A stretch of DNA of 64,000 nt, from the NCBI GenBank assembly GCA_951406725.2, contig OX597830.1:47120001-47184000 (forward strand), given 5' to 3'. A program made the position numbers and the translations under genes. The notes beneath the pieces were generated by a model. That model saw only the letters and a list, made by a program, of their open reading frames with translations, ran no database searches and had not been told where the DNA came from. Positions 1 through 13,800 of this stretch are shown here, piece by piece. Position 1 is the first letter of the stretch, and the number at the start of each line of letters is the position of its first letter. This DNA is from Octopus vulgaris. Its lineage: Eukaryota.

Positions 1-581
1 ATACAATAATTTCATTATATTATTATATATTATATTATATAAACTCGAAGCCGAAATATCGTTCAAGTACCATCAATGCATTTTTTTGGTAATATTCGTC
101 TATGCCCAGGTCATCTTTGTCTTCTTGCTTACAAGACCGACTGAATATGCACCAAAGAATTAGGAGTTCATATAACTGAACTCCCCCCCACACACACACA
201 CACACCGGAAATTGTATCGTGTTGCCCTGCACAGCCGCAGTTTAGCAACTGAAATAAGGAAAAATTACGGAAATTTTTTTAAAAATAAATTTGTAAACTA
301 TTTAAAAAACATAAAGCAGACAAAAAAAAAGTTTAATAAGAAAAATGCCAATTATATCTTGAATTTCTATTTGACAGAAATATAATTAGAAAAATAAATG
401 TGTTGCTAATGGAAAGCTGGGAGACTGTAACACGAGAAAATAATAGTATTATTGATTAAAACTTTACAACCTACATTCATGCAGACATACACACGCAGAC
501 ATACATACATACCTATATACATTCATAGAAACATATTCATACATACATTACATGCATACATACATACATACATACATACAT

Positions 582-613
<32 letters not shown>

Positions 614-763
614 CATACTTAAAGTTACATTCATACATAGATTCATACATACATATGCGCACATACATACATTCATCCATACATGCACACATACAAACAT
701 GCATACATAGATACATAGATGCATGCATGCATACATACATACATACATACATACATACATACA

Positions 764-797
<34 letters not shown>

Positions 798-805
798 CAT
801 ACACA

Positions 806-950
806 CATGCGCTGAACTATTGAGAAATCTGCAGTTACTCTACCCAGATTACAAGTTCAGGTTTATACCCGTAATTATTGGGGCACTTGGATTCGTAACA
901 CACTACATAAATACTAATCTTGAGAAATTAGGCTTCTTAAAACCAGAAAG
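806..950 (+). mobile_element. RLE-type non-LTR retrotransposon C-terminal fragment, directly after (CATA)n
   Basis: Translates to AELLRNLQLLYPDYKFRFIPVIIGALGFVTHYINTNLEKLGFLKPER (PxIIGALG motif). Overlaps in sequence with the fragment at 54170-54288. Confidence 0.75.
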
Positions 951-1018
951 GTTTGTCTCACAAATGACCGTTCCGTTTACTTTTAGGTATCCCCTCGTAA
1001 ATATGTATATATCTGAGT

Positions 1019-1171
<153 letters not shown>

Positions 1172-1229
1172 CTTGAGGTGAGCTCAAATATGTTTGTAAC
1201 ATATTTTTACTTAGAAAGACAATTTCACT

Positions 1230-1508
1230 GCAGTTTCCAGCGGAGAAAAAAAATTCTCTCTTATGGTAAAAAGTATAAACAGATTATCATCAGCTCAGTG
1301 GCGCCCTCTCTTGGACCGCTACATACATTTCTGGTTTCTTATGCTACGGCTTTCTGTAAGCTCAGAGTTATTTCCGTTTGATATCCTCTACTGAAGAGGG
1401 CAAAACGAGTCAAAAATGCGTCTATAGACCCAGAGAGGGCGCCATTAATCTAATAATAGTTATTTATATCATTCACGATAAGCGAGAATTTTTTCTCCAC
1501 GGAAATTG
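1230..1508. mobile_element. Degenerate inverted repeat enclosing a decayed hammerhead-like motif (PLE pseudo-LTR-like)
   Basis: About 1230-1317 is the diverged reverse complement of about 1427-1508 (GGAGAAAAAAATTCTC...GGCGCCCTCTCT). CTGAAGA...AAAAATGCGTC lies at 1391-1422. Confidence 0.55.
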
Positions 1509-1884
1509 CCATTAGACGTTAAAACCTATCACAGAAATATTTGAACTAGACTAAAATTTGTTATTTCCCAGCAATGCTTCATGCTACTGTTTTCCACACA
1601 CACATACACACACACACACGTTTATGTACATACAAGTCTGTGTATTCTTTATAAATTTTTTAATGTAATTTGTGAGTAAAATATAGAAGTGGGTGACTAA
1701 TTTAACACCAACAGAGGAAGGGTTTTCAAGCTCTTTGAATCTTTCAAAGTATTTTTAATAAAATTGTTCTTACAATTAAAGACTATATGAAATATCCCAA
1801 TATAAGAAGTGAACGTTGTGTTGTGTTTATTAAATACCGGTTTCTACATGCTTCTTTTAAAATAACGTCATTTTGCTACACACA

Positions 1885-2095
1885 CACATACATACATAGT
1901 GAGAATTTACAAAAAAAAACCAAAACAACAAAAGACGAAGACGGGTGTGTAAACAACCAACAAGTGTAATAGTTTAACGCTCAGGAAGTGAGAAATTCTT
2001 TTACGTTTCGAGCCTACGCTCTTCAACAGAACGGAACACGATGAAATAAACAGAGGTAGAAAAACAGGTTTGGTGGCCAACGATCTGTCATACGT
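1885..2095 (-). mobile_element. Short repeat with a hammerhead-like motif (PLE pseudo-LTR-like)
   Basis: Minus strand reads CTGTTGA-A-GAGC-GTAG-GCTC-GAAAC-GTA at about 1997-2033, flanked by microsatellite-like sequence. Confidence 0.5.
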
Positions 2096-2476
2096 ACATA
2101 TATATGAAGCGTCAGTTTAAAAAGATCACTCGAAGCCTAGTATTTGTGGAAGCTTGAAAAGTTTTAATTGCGCGTTTTATTAGCATAAGAGAATCACAAG
2201 CCAAGACTACCGCCTTCAGGGTATATAAGGATTGTGCTTGTATGACAAAGCGTTGTCCAATCCGTTTTGTCCAATCCGTATGTCTGATCTGAGGTAAGTT
2301 GTTTGTGGATGGTGTCCGGATTTGGGAGATTAAATAAGAATGGCATGTAGTGACATGTGGCATCTACATAAAAGTATTTGGTTGTTAAGGTGTTAATTGG
2401 AGAGGTAAACTATATCATGGGGCTTAAATAGAGGTGATTTTTCAATAAGGTTGACTGTTATTTGAATGATAAAGCG

Positions 2477-2482
2477 TTTATT
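2477..2482 (-). promoter_or_regulatory. Putative polyadenylation signal of the protease gene
   Basis: AATAAA on the minus strand (tttatt on +), about 70 nt downstream of the TGA stop. Confidence 0.5.
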
Positions 2483-2554
2483 CAATATTGGTCAAGGCAA
2501 GATTGTGGTCAGCTGTCTTGAGAAAATACTGGCCAATGTCTCAGTGAAGTTGCT

Positions 2555-2719
2555 TCACTTTTCTGAAGAAATTACTTTTCGGATCCAATCTAGATATGAA
2601 GAGACTTTTGTGAAGGCTGCTGGATAATAAGAAGGTCTGTTTGAGCTTACATATGAAGAAATTCCGACCAATTTTTCGCGACCATCTACTTTACAAACAA
2701 GTGGACTTCCGCTGTCACC
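2555..2719 (-). CDS. S1 (chymotrypsin-fold) serine protease, last coding exon containing catalytic Ser195
   Basis: Minus strand reads tttcag|GGT GAC AGC GGA AGT CCA..., translating to GDSGSPLVCKVDGREKLVGISSYVSSNRPSYYPAAFTKVSSYLDWIRKVISSEK* (165 nt, phase 0). It has the GDSGxP motif and the C-terminal P-x-x-F-T-K-V-x-x-Y-L-D-W-I signature. Confidence 0.95.
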   Translation of the reverse strand, partial: GDSGSPLVCKVDGREKLVGISSYVSSNRPSYYPAAFTKVSSYLDWIRKVISSEK

Positions 2720-3906
2720 CTGAAATATAAAAAGAAAATGAACGCTAACGAATTTGTGGACAAAATTATAAAACGCGTATCTTTGTAAGATTTAGTTGAG
2801 ACCATCTCAAAGTAGAGACTTTTCTTCCGGTTTTATAACATGAAACACTGAGATAAGAAACACTTGTTTTTATGTAAGATAAAGTATTCCACCCAGAAAC
2901 GTAAGAAATAGAGTATGAGGTCAGTGAATTCCTACTGACGAGGCGAAAAACACGCTGAATCGGCTGATACAGTAATTCCATTTCTGGTGCTGACATTTCT
3001 TGTCTGCTACCGACACCTCTTTGCCTTTATGCACTAAACATCTACACGAGACAAATTTCCCAGGACAAATACTGCAGTAAAACCGCGCGCTTTCAATACG
3101 CTTTCACCTTAAATAGGACGCAGGGACCACCATGTTCCACTCTCATTTATTTCATTTCATCTTATGTTCTGTACTTGACTAACACACTATTTTTAAGCAT
3201 ACGTATATTGAATTCTAACACCAAGATATTACTATCGCTATGCCTACGCCAATTCCATACAATCACACACACACACACACTCACACATATGTATACACAC
3301 ACACAAACACACATATATATACGTATACACACACACACTTGCGGATATGTAAATATATACGCAGGTAGGCGTGTGTGTAACTCTCTATGCACATGATCAT
3401 ATATATAAATATGTGCTCCGTATGTGTTTTGCAGACTACATTCTACAAAGACAAGATAATTCTTTCAGTAAATCCGTTCTCGTAAGAACATTCAAATTTC
3501 CGGTTAAGAGAATTGTTGTATTTATTATTTCATAGAGACTTTATTTTCGATCACTTAAGAGGGGAAATAGGAAAGATGAAGACACTGTTTTAAAGCCCCT
3601 AAATGATTGCGCGCAGCATTTGCTCCTAAATGTATTTTCCGATAAAACAAATTGTGCTATTAAATTATCTCCGTCTTACACGTGACTGAACAGTTTGATG
3701 ATGATGACGACGATGATGATGATGCTGCTGCTGCTGCTGATGATGAAGGTGATGTCGATGATAAGGAGGATAGCGATGGTGAGGTTAGTGGTGGTGATAG
3801 TGTGGTTGTGGTGACAATAGTGATGGTGTTGATATTTAGGATGATGACTATGATGATATACTGGCAACCATCACTGCAGCTGCTACTACTACTACTACTA
3901 CTTGTG

Positions 3907-3960
<54 letters not shown>

Positions 3961-4085
3961 TGGTGGTGGTGATGATGATGATGGTAGTGGTGATAATTTT
4001 TTGTTGTTTTATAGTCTCTTTGTAAGTAAACATCTCCACATATTACATTAAATGTTACTTTCCAGCCTCAAGCAATCCCATCCCC

Positions 4086-4146
<61 letters not shown>

Positions 4147-4349
4147 AAGTAATACTAAAACTGACACCGATATTATTACTGATGACAAAATCAATAATGT
4201 TTCCCCCCCCTTTCATTTTGCCCCCAGGGATCGTTCAAAAGAGACGGCTTCTAAAATGGCGATTCAGTCACGTGCTGCCAAACGCCAAGGTTTATATAAA
4301 AATCGAAAGAGGTGCAGGCGCGCTGCACATTTTATTAAGTCATCTTTTC

Positions 4350-4520
4350 TCGTATTTCTTCTTCTTATCTCAGTTACTGGACTGCGGCCATGTTGGGGCA
4401 CCGCTTCCAAGGGTTTTAGTTGAATACATCGATCCCAGTATTTGAAGTCCACCACGTATTCTATTGGTCTGTTTTGCTAAACCATTATGCTACGAGGACG
4501 TAACAAACCAACAGCGGCAC
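4350..4520 (-). mobile_element. Partial SINE family A (3' half)
   Basis: Matches the reverse complement of 57140-57280 (tgcggccatg.tggggcaccgc; gtaacaaaccaac). Confidence 0.7.
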
Positions 4521-4984
4521 AAAGTTCAACGTTGTTGCTTTTCATGTTATCCTTGTATTATGACGCTAGAAGAATCCATGACCCTTTAGGAGTAGGTAGT
4601 AGCGCACAAGTTCAACCTGCTTTTTCGCTTCCCCTCATTTTGAATAGAATCTACCGTAATGTCTGCTTCGGCTGATGAAGATATTTTCCTATGGTTCGAC
4701 CAAATGTACTTTTATTTATTGCCTCAAGAGCGTCTGGAAGCACTTTCTGCTTATGCCATGGCAGATTTATGTCGATTTCGTCCTTTCCAGTTCCCCAATG
4801 TATTCCAAGGACAATGAGGCATTGTCCTCCATAACAAACCGCCGCTCAAACGTTCTTTTCTCTACAGGGGGTCGGTCTTCATCAAAGAACTTTGGTAACT
4901 GGCAATGCTGATAATATTTTTTCTGAGAGTTTATTTGGTTGCTTGAATATTATTCATATTTTTGTTTGGCTCAGGTTCGGTCTT

Positions 4985-6281
<1,297 letters not shown>

Positions 6282-6779
6282 CTCACAGTATTACTTAATA
6301 TATGATTGCCTGTTTTATCTGACTCATAAAAAAGTTGGACAACCTACGCTCACAGACACAGACATACACACACACACATAAAACGCACACTCACAAGAAT
6401 ACGGGTGTATCAAATACCATAGAACCAAGACTCTTGAGTTGTGGAGATAATGAGATATGGTCGGACGATTGCCGTAATGATGACAGCTATGCAGCCCGAA
6501 CCATGTGGCCATCACTCTCCGCTTAGCTCCAAACAATAAACCAGTCCTTTTCTTAGCAAAATCTAAAATTTGGAGAATTCTTGACCCGTGTGACTATCTC
6601 GCTTTCTCAACTTGAGTGGTCTTAATTGCTATTGGGTAATTATAATGTATTCTCTTAAGGCGAAGATAATAAGGAATTTATATTGTGTGATATTGGATAT
6701 ACCCATACTTCAGAAAATTGCCATTTTTAAATCTCGCAACGAGAGATATTCAGCAAGAGTAATTTGTAGTAAATATTTC

Positions 6780-6986
6780 TTTGCCAACATAACATGGCAG
6801 TCCTGGTTTAGGACGAATGCTGCTGTAATTTAGCCCCAGGAGACAACGTCTCCAGCTGGCTATACGACTTGATCGAAAATATAAGGACACAGGTCGTGTC
6901 CTATAGCCAGCTGGAGACGATGTCTCTTGGGGCTAAATTACATCAACATACGTCCTAAACCAGAACTGCTATGTTATGTTAGCAAA
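6780..6986. mobile_element. Foldback element / MITE with about 85-bp inverted arms
   Basis: ttgccaacataacatggcagtcctggtttaggacg...ccagctggctata (6780-6865) is a near-perfect reverse complement of tatagccagctgg...gttatgttagcaa (6902-6986). Confidence 0.85.
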
Positions 6987-7006
6987 CAATCTGTATTTGT
7001 TTATGA

Positions 7007-7375
7007 GGAGGCGCAATGGCCCAGTGGTTAGGGCAGCAGACTCGCGGTTTCGATTCCCAGACCGGGCGTTGTGAGTGTTTATTGAGCGAAAACACCTAAA
7101 GCTCCACGAGGCTCCGGCAGGGATGGTGGTGATCCCTGCTGTACTCTTTCACCACAAATTTCTCTCACTCTTACTTCCTGTTTCTGTTGTACCTGTATTT
7201 CAAAGGGCCGGCCTTGTCACTCTCTGTGTTACGCTGAATATCTCCGAGAACTACGTTAAGGGTACACGTGTCTGTGGAGTGCTCAGCCACTTACACGTTA
7301 ATTTCACGAGCAGGCTGTTCCGTTGATCGGATCAACCGGAACCCTCGTCGTCGTAACCGACGGAGTTCTTCCATC
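7007..7375 (+). mobile_element. tRNA-derived SINE family D
   Basis: A box TGGCCCAGTGG and B box GTTTCGATTCC. The body is shared with a reverse copy at about 21965-22250. Confidence 0.8.
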
Positions 7376-7713
7376 CATTTGTTTATGATGTTCCAAAACA
7401 TTCTATTGGTCACTCAGTGATTTCTCTGTGATTGGTTTTGTTTGTTTGCGTGCATATATGATACGTATGGAAGATGGAGTCTGACAGTGATATATTCACT
7501 CTTTCTCCAATCAACGTTTGCATAATCTAAACTGTGCATTTTCCACATACGCGTACGTGGGAATTCACGACTGACATGAATATTCACTTCAGAATAGTGT
7601 GGTTGAATATTATTATTAAAATCGTTTCTTCTTTAGAGAGGAGTTTTGTTTTGATTAAAGATCAAAAGGTAATCTTATTTAATGTAATTGATATATATTA
7701 CATAACTTGCATG

Positions 7714-7816
<103 letters not shown>

Positions 7817-8184
7817 TAACTAGTATATATATATTTAGATTTCATTCGTGTCGAATAATGCTGCAGTTTAACGTGTATAATAGGATTTGCTAATTTGATT
7901 ATGTTATTAATTAGACAGAACAGTGCATTATTAGATATTAATTATATGCGTTAATTAATTATAAATGAATTAATTAAATAGCTTAAAGCAAAATGCTAGA
8001 CTATAAAGAATTTGTTCAAAAACTGGCAACTTCGTGAAATTTAAACTCAACAATGCGCTTTGTAACTTTGCGGGTATTCAAATATTTAATTGAGAAACAA
8101 TAACACGTGACGACTGAAATAACGGCTCAAGCGGAAGTGGTCGAGGTTTTGTGAAGTTTTATTCGTATGAGAAAGGTTTAGTTA

Positions 8185-8552
8185 TTTACTTATCTTTTAC
8201 CTTTTGTTTCAGTCGTTGTGTAGCGGCCATGCTGGAGCACCGCCTTGAAGAATGTTTGTCGAATGAGTCGACTACAGGACTTAGTCAATCTGTTTATTTT
8301 GTTGAACTGCTAAGGTACGGGGACGTAAACACGCCAACACCAGTCGTCAAGCAGTGGCGGGGATCAACGCAGACACACAGACACGCACAAACACGATGGG
8401 TTCTTTCAGTTTCCGTCTACCAAATCCACTCACGAAGCTTATGTCGGCCCGAGGCTGTAGCGGAAGACACTTGCCCAAAGTGCCATGCAGTGGGACTGAA
8501 CCCGGAACCATGTGGCTGGGAGGCAAACTTCTTAGTACACAGCCACGCCTGC
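8185..8552 (-). mobile_element. SINE family A copy
   Basis: Reverse complement of 56848-57290 (gaagacacttgcccaa...cagtgggactgaacccggaacca). Confidence 0.85.
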
Positions 8553-8961
8553 ACCATTGTTAGTATTAAATAAATGCATGATCGAATGCATGTATTCCTT
8601 GACAAATGATAGAGTCACAGTAGGAACAGCTTCGCTCGGATCGATAACTGCAGACCTGGGGGTAAAAAACCCCAGCAAAACTGGGAAGAATTCGACATCA
8701 TCGAAATACTGAACAGAATAGTCTTGTTGTTGTTGATGTCGTGGATTGTAGAATCGTTATTATTGTTTTTTAGCCCAAGACTGGAGCTGCAAGCAGATTT
8801 ATGACCAAAGACAGTCCAGCAAGGTTCACACCGCTACATATCAATGGCCTCGAGTATCATGGTTCTCTGTTTTCGCCGATATCAGCCATCTTGCGTGATA
8901 AATCGTGTGTTGCTCGGGAGAGTGTGGAGGCCCAGGGTGACCGACACCTCTAAGCACAGCA

Positions 8962-9002
<41 letters not shown>

Positions 9003-9417
9003 TGAGAGAGAGGGGACAGAGGCAGAGAGACAAGACAAACAGACAGTCTTAAGCCAGTTCTTTCTCACATTTGTTAGTTGTTAGTGATGTTGTTGTTAAT
9101 ATTGTTACAGTTGTCAGTATTGGTGTCGGTCGGTATTCCTGAAAGTAACGGTGTGGCAGGAACTGCGTTCGTTCAGTTTGCTAGAAATAGCAAAGAGATA
9201 TTCAAATTTCTCTTTCCTTTCTTAAATATGGGAAGGATACTTTGGTCAGTGTCGTCCTACATAGCCTTATGCAGAAGGGATGGTTGTGGCTGGAATGGCT
9301 TGGATCGAAGACATGCTCAATTATGATTGGTCTGAGACCAGGTTAGAACAATAATGACAACAGCAACATTAGTAGCAGCAGTAGATACTCCTCCTCCTCC
9401 TCCTCCTCCTCCTCCTC

Positions 9418-9487
<70 letters not shown>

Positions 9488-9614
9488 AGTAAAATAATGT
9501 AAAACAATGTTGGCCATCAGAAGTGCGAAGACGAATTAAGGAATTTGCTAAACTCAAGAAAAGAATCTTGGCATCAAAAAGGGAAAAAAAGCAAAAACCC
9601 CGCCGCCGCCGTCT

Positions 9615-9657
<43 letters not shown>

Positions 9658-9734
9658 GACAGGATTACGCGAGAATGATGGCAATGGAAGCACATCAGCA
9701 AGAAGAAAAAGAAGAAAAGAAGAAGAAGAAGAAG

Positions 9735-9767
<33 letters not shown>

Positions 9768-10326
9768 CAGCAACATCAAAACCAATAACAAGCACCACGA
9801 CGACCACCACAGCAACAACAACAACAACAACAGCAGCAGCAGACTCTTCAAGTCTCTTGAACGTAAGTTACTTTGAGAAGCTGGTGGACTTTGGTAGTAG
9901 CAGTCGTCAGATAAATGACGGACAGGCAAAGCTGAAAGATATATTTATGAAATGGAATTGAATTTCTTTATCTCCGCTATTTTTAGGCCTTTAATCACCA
10001 AAATGTATTTCTGACATTTCCATATGGAAAGAAAAACAAAAATGATTAAAACAAAATATAAAATAAAAAAGAAAATCACTTGAAAGAAAATGAAATTATT
10101 CCACGTACTTTTTTTTCTGATAGTTTGAAGAGGAAGATTTCTGAAGTAACCACCAGGCTTATTTAATATCGAATATGTTAAAGACGGCAAGATGGCAGAA
10201 CAGTTAGCACACCGGACAAAATGCTTAAAAGCATTTCGTCCGTCTTTACCTTCTAAATTCAAATTCCTCCGAGGTTGACTTTGCCTTTCATTTTTTCAGA
10301 GGTCAATAAAATAAGTACCAGTTGAT

Positions 10327-10508
10327 ACAGTTCTATATTTAAGAGACAAGGAATTATGTACATTATTTACATTATTTACATTTGACGGACATTTGTTCTC
10401 ATCTTGTTTGTTGTTAACACAACGTTTCGGCTGAAATACCTTCCAGCCTTCATCAGGTGTCTTAGGGAAATTTCGAACCTGGGTTCTCATTCCTAAGGTA
10501 TTTTTCGA

Positions 10509-10572
<64 letters not shown>

Positions 10573-10575
10573 AAC
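10327..10575 (-). mobile_element. Hammerhead-bearing short element (family H), 5'-truncated copy with target-site duplication
   Basis: Same body as 22510-22823 and 50622-50945, flanked by a 17-bp direct duplication. Confidence 0.85.
10416..10461 (-). ncRNA. Minimal type I hammerhead ribozyme motif
   Basis: GACAC-CTGATGA-A-GGCTG-GAAGGTATTT-CAGCC-GAAAC-GTT-GTGTT. Core is intact; stem I is GACAC/GTGTT, stem II is GGCTG/CAGCC, and stem III is reduced to the palindrome AACGTT. Confidence 0.75.
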
Positions 10576-11199
10576 AATAAGTACCAGTTGATGTAATCGC
10601 TTACCCCCTCCAACATTTCTGGCCTTGTGCAAACATTTGAAACCAATATAGAATATGTTAATCACGTGGTTACAAGACAAGGATAAGAATTCCAACTCTC
10701 CTCCTAATTTAAAATGCAGTGTTATGTTGTTTTTTTAGCGAAATGTGTAGTATATGCCACCAATATTTTAATGCCGTTGAAAGTAAGCACATATCCATTG
10801 TCTGTGAGGCTTTCAATTTTAACTGCTCTTTCTGCAGATTGTCTATCGATTTTATATCAGGCTGCCATGTAGGAACGAAGGTAAACTCGCTAACATTGAC
10901 GATGAATCTAATAATGTACACCACACTGACGTGACATGACCGATATTTTTCATTGCATAATGACAGATTTGTGATATGTTTGTCTCTTTCACTTAACATC
11001 CTTTTCCACAGTTGCTACTCTCTCTCTCCCCTCTCTCTCTTTCTCTCTCTCTCCTCTCCCCCTTTCTCTCCTGCTTCAAGGCAACGAAGGCAGATTTCTA
11101 TGAATAACATGTGATACTTCTGTCTCGCTCTTCTTGTTAGCCCTAGGTTAGCTCCAAACGTGTACATCTTTGATCAAACATATTGTATTTATGACTACG

Positions 11200-11488
11200 C
11201 TTAAAAAGCTCGATTCGTAACCACGTGGTTTCGAGTTCAGTCCCACCAAGCGGCATCTTGGACAATTCTTTATTCTCTTATTCTCTTATTCTTTTACTTA
11301 TTTCAGTCATTTGACTGCGACCATGCTGGAGCACCGCCTTTAGTCGAAGAAATCAACTTTAAGACTTATTCTTTGTAAGCCTAGTACTTATATTATCGGT
11401 CTCTTTTGCCGAACCGCTAAGTTACGAGGACGTAAACACACCAACATCGGTTTTCAAGTGATGGTGGGGGACAAATACAGACACACAA

Positions 11489-11548
<60 letters not shown>

Positions 11549-11980
11549 ACACACACACACGCTTACAAAGATATATGACGGGCTTCTTTCGGTTTCCGTG
11601 CCTTTTACTATAGCCCCAGACCGACCAATGATTTATGAGTGAATTTGGTAAACGGAAACTGTGCGCAAGCCCGTCGTATACACACACACACACACACACG
11701 CACGCACGCACGCACGCACGCACACACACACGCACGCACGTACACACACACACACACATGTGTGCGTGTGCGTGCTTGTATTTGTGTTTATCTCCCAACC
11801 GCTTGATTAGCGGTGCTGGTTTGTTTGTGTCTCCCTAACATAACGGTTCAGCACAAGTGACTGATAGAATTAGTACTAAACTTAAAATATAAGAGCTGGT
11901 GTTGATTTGTTTTACTGAACAATTGAAGGCGCTGCTCCAGCGTGGTCGTCACCAATGGCTGAAGCAATTTAAAGATAACG
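11200..11980. mobile_element. SINE family A (+) with an antisense family A copy nested inside (about 11268-11600)
   Basis: The plus-strand head at 11200-11265 resumes near 11601 (ctactatagccc...). The intervening sequence is the reverse-complement 3' half of the same family. Confidence 0.75.
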
Positions 11981-12420
11981 GGTCAGTTGGACGTTACTCA
12001 ATATGTTTATTTCATAATTGCTGGGTTTAACATAGAGAAGATTTATTTGATATTTCTAACATGTCAAGGTACCACTCGTTGGCTTCCCCTACATCTTGTA
12101 GGACCGACAGACCCTAAAGTCCCTTCTTTAGGCAATATATATTTCTGGGTTGCTTGGCCCTGTTAGAAGCTGAATGTAAGTATTCGTGTGAGATCTGCTG
12201 TCCCAAATCCTAACATTCCCAGGAAAGGGACACTGGTCCGTTACCGGGTTTAAGGCCAGAAATTTTGACGGGTATGGACCCTAGTAGATGCTTTATTCTG
12301 TCGATGCGGTAAGGATGAAAGGCAAAGTTGAGTTCAGCGGGATTTGACCTCAGAACATAAAGAGTTGAAAGAAATACCGCTTGATAGATAGGCAGATAGT
12401 GTGTGTGTGTGTGTGTGTGG

Positions 12421-12471
<51 letters not shown>

Positions 12472-12531
12472 GGAGAGAGTGGAGAGAGATAGGAGAGAGA
12501 GAAGAATGCCTTTGATATTATTACGAAATAC

Positions 12532-12668
12532 CTTGCAGAGTCCAACTGATCCATTTGTAACACCAGCGCAAACCTTGTTTTTTCTCATTTCCCCTTTCAG
12601 AGCATCACATGCAGTATTTGGTTGAATGGGGAACCTTCCTTTCATCGCAGTCAGTGACTGCGAACCAC
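12532..12668 (-). CDS. S1 serine protease, penultimate exon
   Basis: ttgcag|GT GGT TCG...TGC AAG|gtattt; 137 nt, phase 1 to phase 0. Encodes (G)GSQSLTAMKGRFPIQPNTACDALKGEMRKNKVCAGVTNGSVGLCK and joins in frame to GDSGSP. Contains the C168-C182 pair and the CAG motif. Confidence 0.93.
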
Positions 12669-13169
12669 CTGCAACGTAACGAGTTTATCAGAATCATTTT
12701 TATCATTATATATTTTGAGATATTTAGTTACATTCTTGTGTATGTTACGACCCTTCAAATTATACGCTGTCCAATAACTGTCATCATTTCATGGAGGTTG
12801 AAGTGAATATATTTAAGAGTGCAGAACTAGCATTAAGTAAACTGCACTGCACCTCCCCACTAAATCAATGCCTTTGTGCAAGTGTTGGCAGAAATCATTG
12901 TAATCATGACCCGGCGAGATTTGATCTCAAGACTTTATTGAATGTAAGTAAACACTATATGTCATTTAGTTCAGCGCTCTACCGGTTTTGATATTTCACT
13001 TGAAAAATATTAATTATCCTTTCACGGTTGTCCCTAACATACAATACAAAGCCTCTTGAATAGCAAGGGTTTGGAAAACCTTTGGAGATATATACTTACC
13101 GTCCCCAACCACGCACAGACACACACACATACACACATGCATGCATACATACATGCATACATGCATACA

Positions 13170-13680
13170 TGAAAACAAGGAACATTGTGGGACAGCCCAA
13201 TAAAAACAGAAATTTGATGCATAACTGACCTGATATAGTTCTGTGAGACAAGAGAACAAAAGTCATGCACTGTTGTAGGGGCCAGCAGCCCAGCAGATGT
13301 GAATATATGACCAAAAGTCCAGGAAAAAGAGAATTAATGCGGAACTTACAGCTCTTGCATCCTGACTATAAAATCTCGTTTGTACCTATTATCATAGGTA
13401 CATAAGGTTGTGTACTGACAAATTTGCACAAAAGCCTGGAAATATTCGGTTTTTCAAAGAGCAAAAGAAACTGACGCGGATTCTCCAAATCCAATCTATT
13501 AGAGATTCAGTGAAGATTTGTAAAACATTCCAAAGATTCACCATCTGGAATTCTTTAGGTGAATAGATGCACGCCGTAACCTTAACCCTAAGACTTCCCT
13601 AGTGCTTATACGATGAGGAAGACGATGATCCATTTCGAAGGCAATGGTGCCCGAATAAACCAAAAATAATAAAAACACAT
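13170..13680 (+). mobile_element. Decayed RLE LINE 3' fragment following (CATA)n
   Basis: Contains PDIVL-like (cctgatatagttctg) and VPIIIG (gtacctattatcataggt) motifs, plus a 3' end resembling IQSI.GSVKICKTFQRF as in 54170-54288. Confidence 0.65.
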
Positions 13681-13800
13681 TCTCTCTATCATTTACTAAG
13701 AGTTCCGATGTTCTTTAAGCCTGCTCCGAGTATCATCGATAAACCACAGTGATAAACGGGGCCGCGAAAAGGAAACGCTGTACAATATATCGATCTTGTA

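Larger units (their letters stand above)
10180..10645 (+). mobile_element. SINE family C copy interrupted by a hammerhead-bearing element
   Basis: The head ggcaagatggcagaacagttagc...aataagtaccagttgat resumes after the insert. The 17-bp sequence AATAAGTACCAGTTGAT is duplicated at 10310-10326 and 10576-10592. Confidence 0.8.

Noticed and set aside
35-140. Minus-strand frame RSCKQEDKDDLGIDEYYQKNALMVLERYFGFEFI as a terminal exon
   Set aside because: No recognisable homology or partner exons; it could equally be a repeat remnant.
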